The notes below the pieces were generated by a model. That model worked only from the letters and a program-made list of their open reading frames with translations. It ran no database searches and had not been told where the DNA came from. 13,893 nt of DNA from Deltaproteobacteria bacterium (GTDB lineage: Bacteria > Desulfobacterota > Binatia > UBA12015): positions 1 through 13,893 of the forward strand of contig JAYGCM010000037.1 of NCBI GenBank assembly GCA_046583355.1, given 5' to 3'. Positions 7,955-13,893 of the stretch are shown here, one piece after another. The number at the start of each line of letters is the position of its first letter. The first letter of the stretch is position 1. A program made the translations under genes and the position numbers.

Positions 7955-8491
7955 TCAGTCCTCCGGGGTGGCGCTGGGGGCGGGCGTCGGGGTCGGCGTC
8001 GGCGTGGTGCCGACATCGATATGCAGGGCGGTCGCGATTCCCGTGTTGAAGTTGGCCGTGATGGATTGGATCTCGGCCGTCTCGCCTGAGCGTATATCGC
8101 CGAGTTGGTTGGTTGGATCTTCGAGTTCCGCAATCTGATCGGTGTCCATGTGGCGGTAGACGAAAATTTCGAGTGCGCCTTCGGTGACCTTTGCGATCGA
8201 GAATTCGCCGTCGCCATCGGGTTGCGCACTGCGCCCGCCGCAATCGAGCGGTGCGGTTTCCACGGGCCGATTGCTGCAGGCGAGCACCACGAGTTCGTTG
8301 AGCAAGGTATCGGGAATGACCGTGAAAAAGTCGCCGTCGACGGTGACGCTATTGGCAGGATTCGGCGTAGGCGTGGCATCTGGATCGCAGCCGAGACAGA
8401 TATTGCTCCCACCGCAGCCAGCCAAGGTCAGTTGGCTCAGCAGAGCCAGGCCCAGGAGGGTTACGCCGGTCGAATCGCTTGGTCGTCGCAC
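7955..8491 (-). CDS. Hypothetical lipoprotein with Thr-Pro repeats (about 178 aa)
   Basis: From the GTG at 8491: basic N-region (RR), hydrophobic core LLGLALLSQLT and lipobox LAG|C at Cys26. Then CLGC, TPTPNP, an acidic beta-rich domain and C-terminal TTPTPTPTPAPSATPED. The extension to 8620 overlaps mdh and is unlikely. Confidence 0.78.
   Translation of the reverse strand: MRRPSDSTGVTLLGLALLSQLTLAGCGGSNICLGCDPDATPTPNPANSVTVDGDFFTVIPDTLLNELVVLACSNRPVETAPLDCGGRSAQPDGDGEFSIAKVTEGALEIFVYRHMDTDQIAELEDPTNQLGDIRSGETAEIQSITANFNTGIATALHIDVGTTPTPTPTPAPSATPED
7983..8006. repeat. Degenerate hexamer tandem repeat encoding (Thr-Pro)4
   Basis: GGCGTC GGGGTC GGCGTC GGCGTG on the plus strand, within the lipoprotein C-terminus. 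Confidence 0.6.
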
Positions 8492-8498
8492 GGCGATC

Positions 8499-8527
8499 AG
8501 CTTAGGCGGGCTGCGGGGCGGGGTCAA
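8499..8527 (-). promoter_or_regulatory. sigma70-type promoter for the lipoprotein gene (leaderless geometry)
   Basis: Minus strand TTGACC (8527-8522)-N17-TAAGCT (8504-8499)-N7-GTG (8491), with no Shine-Dalgarno sequence. Confidence 0.7.
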
Positions 8528-8604
8528 CGCTGGAGGTCCGGCCGAGGCGCAGGCCGGCTGATCGGCCAGACCTTCAATTGGCGAAGCGCAACGCTTCTCG
8601 TTAG

Positions 8605-9555
<951 letters not shown>

Positions 9556-9564
9556 AGCCCTTCT

Positions 9565-10398
9565 ATGTTGGAGGCAGCGATCGATTTCGGCGGCACTCTG
9601 ACCAATGTCGTCGTTGTCGCGGACGACGGTTCGGAACGCCTCGCTACCCTTGCGAGCGTAGCGCGGCCGGCGCTTGCCGATGTTGCCGCGGTGCTCGCGG
9701 CCGCGGGTTGCCCGGATGCCGGCGCGCTCGATCATCTCGTGGTCACCGGCGGACGCACGGCGAGCTTGCCTGCAGCCTTGGGCGGCTTGCCGCTGGTCGC
9801 CATCGATGAAGCCGATGCGACAGCAGCCGGCGGCGCGATGGCCGGCGCCTCCTTGCCTTCCATCGTCGTGAGCATCGGCACGGGAACCGCGATCGTGCTG
9901 GCAAATGCAGACGGTAGCGCCACTCGCCTGCTCGGCAGTGGCATCGGTGGTGGCACGGTCCTGGGCCTTGCGCGCCTTCTGGTGGGTCCAGCCGATATCG
10001 CCGAATACGGGCGACTGGCGGCGCGCGGCGATACCAGCGCCTGCGATCTCACGGTCGGTGATATCATCGGCGGGGCGGCGGGGCCGGTACCTGCCGAGGC
10101 AACGGCCGCGCATTTCGGCCGGATCGGGCGCTCGCCGGCCGCCGAAGTTCGCCATGAAGATCTCCTCGCGGCTCTGGTCGCTCTGGTGGTCCAGAATGCC
10201 GTGCGCCTGGCGCTGGCCGAGTTGATGACACATGGGGCGGCCTCCATGGTTCTGCTCGGCGGGTTTCTCGCCGAACCCGGTTTTCGCGCCGCGGTGGACG
10301 CGAACCCGACGTTGCGGCGCTTCCCGATCCCGATTGCCGAAGACCCCGGTTTCGCCGTCGTTCGCGGTGCGCTGCACCATGCGCGACGCTTGCGTTGA
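9565..10398 (+). CDS. Type II (fumble/CoaW-like) pantothenate kinase-family protein, divergent
   Basis: ASKHA motifs in type II PanK order: IDFGGTLT, VVTGG, IDEADA, SIGTGT, GSGIGGGTVLGLARLL, GDTSACDLTVGDI, ATAAHFG, EDLLAAL, C-terminal GAL. 277 aa, the size of bacterial CoaW. Confidence 0.85.
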   Translation: MLEAAIDFGGTLTNVVVVADDGSERLATLASVARPALADVAAVLAAAGCPDAGALDHLVVTGGRTASLPAALGGLPLVAIDEADATAAGGAMAGASLPSIVVSIGTGTAIVLANADGSATRLLGSGIGGGTVLGLARLLVGPADIAEYGRLAARGDTSACDLTVGDIIGGAAGPVPAEATAAHFGRIGRSPAAEVRHEDLLAALVALVVQNAVRLALAELMTHGAASMVLLGGFLAEPGFRAAVDANPTLRRFPIPIAEDPGFAVVRGALHHARRLR

Positions 10399-10424
10399 CC
10401 TTTTGCGTCTACACGCTCTATTGT
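10395..10424 (+). promoter_or_regulatory. Candidate sigma70-type promoter for the glycosyltransferase
   Basis: TTGACC (10395-10400, containing the upstream TGA stop)-N18-TATTGT (10419-10424). Confidence 0.5.
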
Positions 10425-10440
10425 TCCGCGCGGCTCGCGG

Positions 10441-11472
10441 ATGTATTTGAGTCGCATGGCGGAATTGGATTTCCCGGCGGCGGTGGAACACGAGGCTGCG
10501 GTCGCTCTCGAGATCGTGGTCCCCTTCTACGACGAGGCGGCGGCATTGCCCGTGCTCTTCGAGCGCCTGCGTCGCGTCTTTGATGAGGCCGCTTGCACGG
10601 CGCATGGGCTTTCCTCTGTCCGGATCATTTTAGTCGATGACGGAAGCAAAGATGGCAGTGCGGCGATCGCCGCGGACGCGATTCGCGGCGGATTCCCCGC
10701 GACTCTCTACCGCTTCTCGCGCAATTTCGGCCATCAGGCGGCGGTCTCGGCAGGGCTCAGCTATTCCGGGGCGGCTTTGGTTGCTGTGATGGACGCGGAT
10801 CTCCAGGATCCTCCCGAGGTGGTGCTTGAGATGGTCGATGCGTGGCGCGCGGGCGCCGATGTCGTCTATGCCGTGCGGCGTAACCGCAAGGAGGGTGTGG
10901 CGAAACGCGCCGCCTACCATCTCTTCTACCGACTCTACCGATTCCTCTCCGAGGTCGATGTGCCAGTCGATAGCGGGGACTTTGCTCTGCTCGATCGCAA
11001 GGTCGTCGATGCGATGGAGTCGTTGCCCGAGCAGCTTCGCTTCCTGCGCGGGCTGCGGACCTGGGTCGGCTTCCGGCAGACGGCGGTAACTTACGATCGC
11101 GCGGCGCGGGCTTTCGGCCAGAGCAAATACGATTGGATCCGGCTCTACCAGCTCGCGACCGACGGCATCGCATCGATGAGTGTGCGGCCCCTGCGCATCG
11201 TGCAATTCGCATTGATCAGTACGGCCGTGCTCACACTTCTGATGGGCATGGGGCTGATCGCCACCGGTGCGTTGGCTGGCGACCTCGACCCAATCGATTG
11301 GTGGGGGCTCGCGATCTGCCTGGCGGTACTCGGCACAAGCTCGGTGAATCTGGTTTGCCTCTATGTTCTGAGCGCCTATATCGGCCGGACCTACCTGGAG
11401 GTCAAAGCGCGTCCGGGCTGGATTGTGCAAGAGGTTGTGGGAGCCCCCGCGCCGGGAAAAGTGGCAGATTAG
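10441..11472 (+). CDS. GT2 polyisoprenyl-phosphate glycosyltransferase (GtrB/CsbB/ArnC-like)
   Basis: VPFYDE, VDDGSKD, FSRNFGHQAA, MDADLQDPPE (DxD), DSGDFALLDRKVV, RFLRGLRTWVGF, two C-terminal TM helices, YIGR...EVKARP. Alternative start ATG at 10456. Confidence 0.92.
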   Translation: MYLSRMAELDFPAAVEHEAAVALEIVVPFYDEAAALPVLFERLRRVFDEAACTAHGLSSVRIILVDDGSKDGSAAIAADAIRGGFPATLYRFSRNFGHQAAVSAGLSYSGAALVAVMDADLQDPPEVVLEMVDAWRAGADVVYAVRRNRKEGVAKRAAYHLFYRLYRFLSEVDVPVDSGDFALLDRKVVDAMESLPEQLRFLRGLRTWVGFRQTAVTYDRAARAFGQSKYDWIRLYQLATDGIASMSVRPLRIVQFALISTAVLTLLMGMGLIATGALAGDLDPIDWWGLAICLAVLGTSSVNLVCLYVLSAYIGRTYLEVKARPGWIVQEVVGAPAPGKVAD

Positions 11473-11544
11473 CTCCGCCTATGCGAACTTCATCAGCCTG
11501 TTTGTGCAGCTAATGCACGGACCTGGCGAGGAGTCAGTCGAAGT

Positions 11545-12708
11545 ATGAATATTCACGAGTTTCAGGCCAAGGAGATTCTCCGACGCTATGGCGTCGCGAC
11601 GCTCGACGGGCGCGCAACCGATTCGCCCGAAGGGGCGGCCAAGGCCGTAGAAGAGCTCGGTGGCGGTGCACCCTGGGTGGTGAAGGCGCAGATCCATGCC
11701 GGTGGCCGCGGCAAGGCCGGCGGCGTGAAGTTGGTTCAGAGTGCGGCCGAGGCTGAGGAATATGCCCGCGGCCTTCTCGGCAAGGCATTGGTGACACACC
11801 AGACCGGTCCGGAGGGGCGCGTTGTAAAACGTATCTTCGTCGAGCAGGGCTGCAAGATCGCGCGCGAACTCTACCTGGGCATCACGCTGGACCGCGAGTC
11901 GAGTCTGCTGACCATCATGGCGTCGAGCGAAGGCGGCATGGAGATCGAGGAAGTTGCCGCGAAGTCACCGGAGAAGATTCTGCGCGAGCCGATTCTTCCC
12001 GAGGTCGGCTTCCAGGCCTTCCAGGCACGCAAGCTCGGCCATGCACTCGGCCTGGCGCCCAAAAGCTTCGGCAAATTCGCCAAGCTGCTCAAGGGACTCT
12101 ACGACGCGGTTGTCGCAACCGATGCGGCGCTGGTCGAGATCAACCCGCTGGTCGTGACCGAAGACGGCGACCTCATCGCGCTGGACGCGAAGATGGGCTT
12201 TGACGACAACGCGCTCTTCCGCCACGCGGATGTGCGTGAATTGCGCGACCCGGATGAAGAAGATCCGCGCGAACGTCAGGCACAGGAATTCGACCTCGCT
12301 TATATTGCGCTCGACGGTAATATCGGCTGCATGGTCAACGGTGCCGGCCTGGCGATGGCGACAATGGATACGATCTCATACGCCGGCGGGCGACCCGCCA
12401 ACTTCCTGGATGTCGGGGGCGGCGCAGATGCGGCCAAGGTTGCAGCCGCGTTCAAGATCATCCTCACGGACGATACGGTCAAGGCGGTATTTATCAATAT
12501 ATTCGGTGGCATCATGAAATGTGATGTGCTGGCCGAAGGCGTGGTGGCTGCGGCCAAAGAGCTTGGCCTCACGGTACCCTTGGTGGTCCGTATGGAAGGC
12601 ACCAACGTCGACAAGGGCAGGGCGATCCTCGCGGAGTCCGGCCTGAATATCATCACCGCTGTCGATATGCTCGACGGTGCGCGCAAGGCCGTCGCGGCCG
12701 CCGTTTGA
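11545..12708 (+). CDS. sucC: Succinate--CoA ligase beta subunit
   Basis: [85 protein letters not shown]. Confidence 0.98.
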   Translation: MNIHEFQAKEILRRYGVATLDGRATDSPEGAAKAVEELGGGAPWVVKAQIHAGGRGKAGGVKLVQSAAEAEEYARGLLGKALVTHQTGPEGRVVKRIFVEQGCKIARELYLGITLDRESSLLTIMASSEGGMEIEEVAAKSPEKILREPILPEVGFQAFQARKLGHALGLAPKSFGKFAKLLKGLYDAVVATDAALVEINPLVVTEDGDLIALDAKMGFDDNALFRHADVRELRDPDEEDPRERQAQEFDLAYIALDGNIGCMVNGAGLAMATMDTISYAGGRPANFLDVGGGADAAKVAAAFKIILTDDTVKAVFINIFGGIMKCDVLAEGVVAAAKELGLTVPLVVRMEGTNVDKGRAILAESGLNIITAVDMLDGARKAVAAAV

Positions 12709-12724
12709 GTCCCGGAGAACGACA

Positions 12725-13597
12725 ATGAGTATTCTGGTCGGAAAAGACAGCAAGGTCGTCACCCAGGGCATCACGGGTGCGACGGGGCAATTTCACACGC
12801 GTACCTGCAAGGAATACGGCACGCAGATGGTCGCCGGCGTGACGCCGGGCAAGGGCGGAACCGACTTCGAAGGCATCCCCGTCTACGACACGGTCGGCGA
12901 GGCGCGCGAGAAGACGGGCTGCAATGTCAGCGTGATCTACGTCCCGCCGCCCTTTGCGGCCGACGCGATTCTCGAGGCGGCCGACGCCGGTGTCGAGTTG
13001 GTGATCTGCATCACCGAAGGCATTCCGGTTCTCGATATGGTCCGCGTGAAACGCTACCTGCGCAGCAGCCATACGCGCCTGGTCGGGCCGAATTGTCCGG
13101 GCCTGATCACGCCGGGCGAAGCCAAGATCGGCATCATGCCGGGCTATATTCATAAACCCGGCAAGATCGGTGTGATCTCGCGTTCGGGTACACTCACCTA
13201 CGAGGCCGTGCATCAGCTCACGGAGTTGGGCATCGGCCAATCGACTTGCGTCGGCATTGGCGGGGACCCGGTCAATGGCACCGGCTTCATTGACGTTCTC
13301 GAAATGTTCAATGCGGACCCCGGCACCGATGGCGTCATCATGATTGGCGAGATCGGCGGTACGGCCGAAGAAGAGGCCGCCGACTACGTCCAACGTGAAA
13401 TGAAAAAGCCCGTCGCCGGCTTCATCGCCGGGCAGACCGCTCCTCCGGGCAAGCGCATGGGCCATGCTGGTGCGATCATCTCGGGTGGCAAGGGCACGGC
13501 GGCCGACAAGATCGCCGCCATGGAAGCCGCGGGCATTCGCGTATCGCCGACACCGGCGGAACTCGGTGTGACGATGCAGGCCGTACTCGGCGGCTGA
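12725..13597 (+). CDS. sucD: Succinate--CoA ligase alpha subunit
   Basis: [50 protein letters not shown] (phospho-His). ATG at 12725 preceded by GGAG. Confidence 0.98.
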   Translation: MSILVGKDSKVVTQGITGATGQFHTRTCKEYGTQMVAGVTPGKGGTDFEGIPVYDTVGEAREKTGCNVSVIYVPPPFAADAILEAADAGVELVICITEGIPVLDMVRVKRYLRSSHTRLVGPNCPGLITPGEAKIGIMPGYIHKPGKIGVISRSGTLTYEAVHQLTELGIGQSTCVGIGGDPVNGTGFIDVLEMFNADPGTDGVIMIGEIGGTAEEEAADYVQREMKKPVAGFIAGQTAPPGKRMGHAGAIISGGKGTAADKIAAMEAAGIRVSPTPAELGVTMQAVLGG

Positions 13598-13619
13598 ACC
13601 ACAACAGGAAAGAAGAAAA

Positions 13620-13893
13620 ATGGCTATCGAACGTACTTTCTCCATCGTGAAGCCCGACGCCGTCGCCAAGCATGGCATCGGCAAGGTCATCGCCCGCATC
13701 GAAGAGGGCGGCCTCAAGGTTCTCGCCGGACGCTATCTGCAGATGTCGACCGAGCAGGCCCGGAGCTTCTACGCCGTCCACAAAGAGCGTCCCTTCTACG
13801 GTGAGCTCGTTACCTTCATGACCTCGGGTCCGGTCTTCGTGTCCGTGCTCGAAGGCGAAAACGCCGTCGCCCGCTACCGCGAAGTGCTGGGCG
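13620..13893 (+). CDS. ndk: Nucleoside diphosphate kinase (3'-truncated by window end)
   Basis: Manual translation from ATG 13620 (absent from the ORF track): [15 protein letters not shown]...[42 protein letters not shown]. Confidence 0.96.
   Translation, partial: MAIERTFSIVKPDAVAKHGIGKVIARIEEGGLKVLAGRYLQMSTEQARSFYAVHKERPFYGELVTFMTSGPVFVSVLEGENAVARYREVLG

Overview
GC-rich bacterial core-genome window. Gene order and protein style suggest a deltaproteobacterial-grade lineage (Myxococcota/Desulfobacterota/Binatota-like); this is inference only. On the minus strand, a glnK-amtB nitrogen operon has a near-consensus sigma54 promoter, candidate NtrC-type enhancer boxes and a strong intrinsic terminator. 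Divergent from it runs valS-nadC-biotin ligase-coaX (type III pantothenate kinase), then a helical-repeat hypothetical gene. A convergent Pro/Thr-rich lipoprotein gene follows, probably leaderless. The rest is mdh-[type II pantothenate kinase-like gene]-[GtrB-like glycosyltransferase]-sucC-sucD-ndk, with ndk truncated by the window end. No mobile elements, CRISPR arrays, tRNA or rRNA genes were seen. The most unusual features are: (1) two unrelated pantothenate-kinase types about 2.2 kb apart, the type II copy carrying active-site substitutions and sitting with an orphan glycosyltransferase between mdh and sucCD; (2) recurrent promoters placed right at start codons, suggesting leaderless or short-leader transcripts; (3) an unannotated 25-codon ORF coupled between coaX and the next gene.
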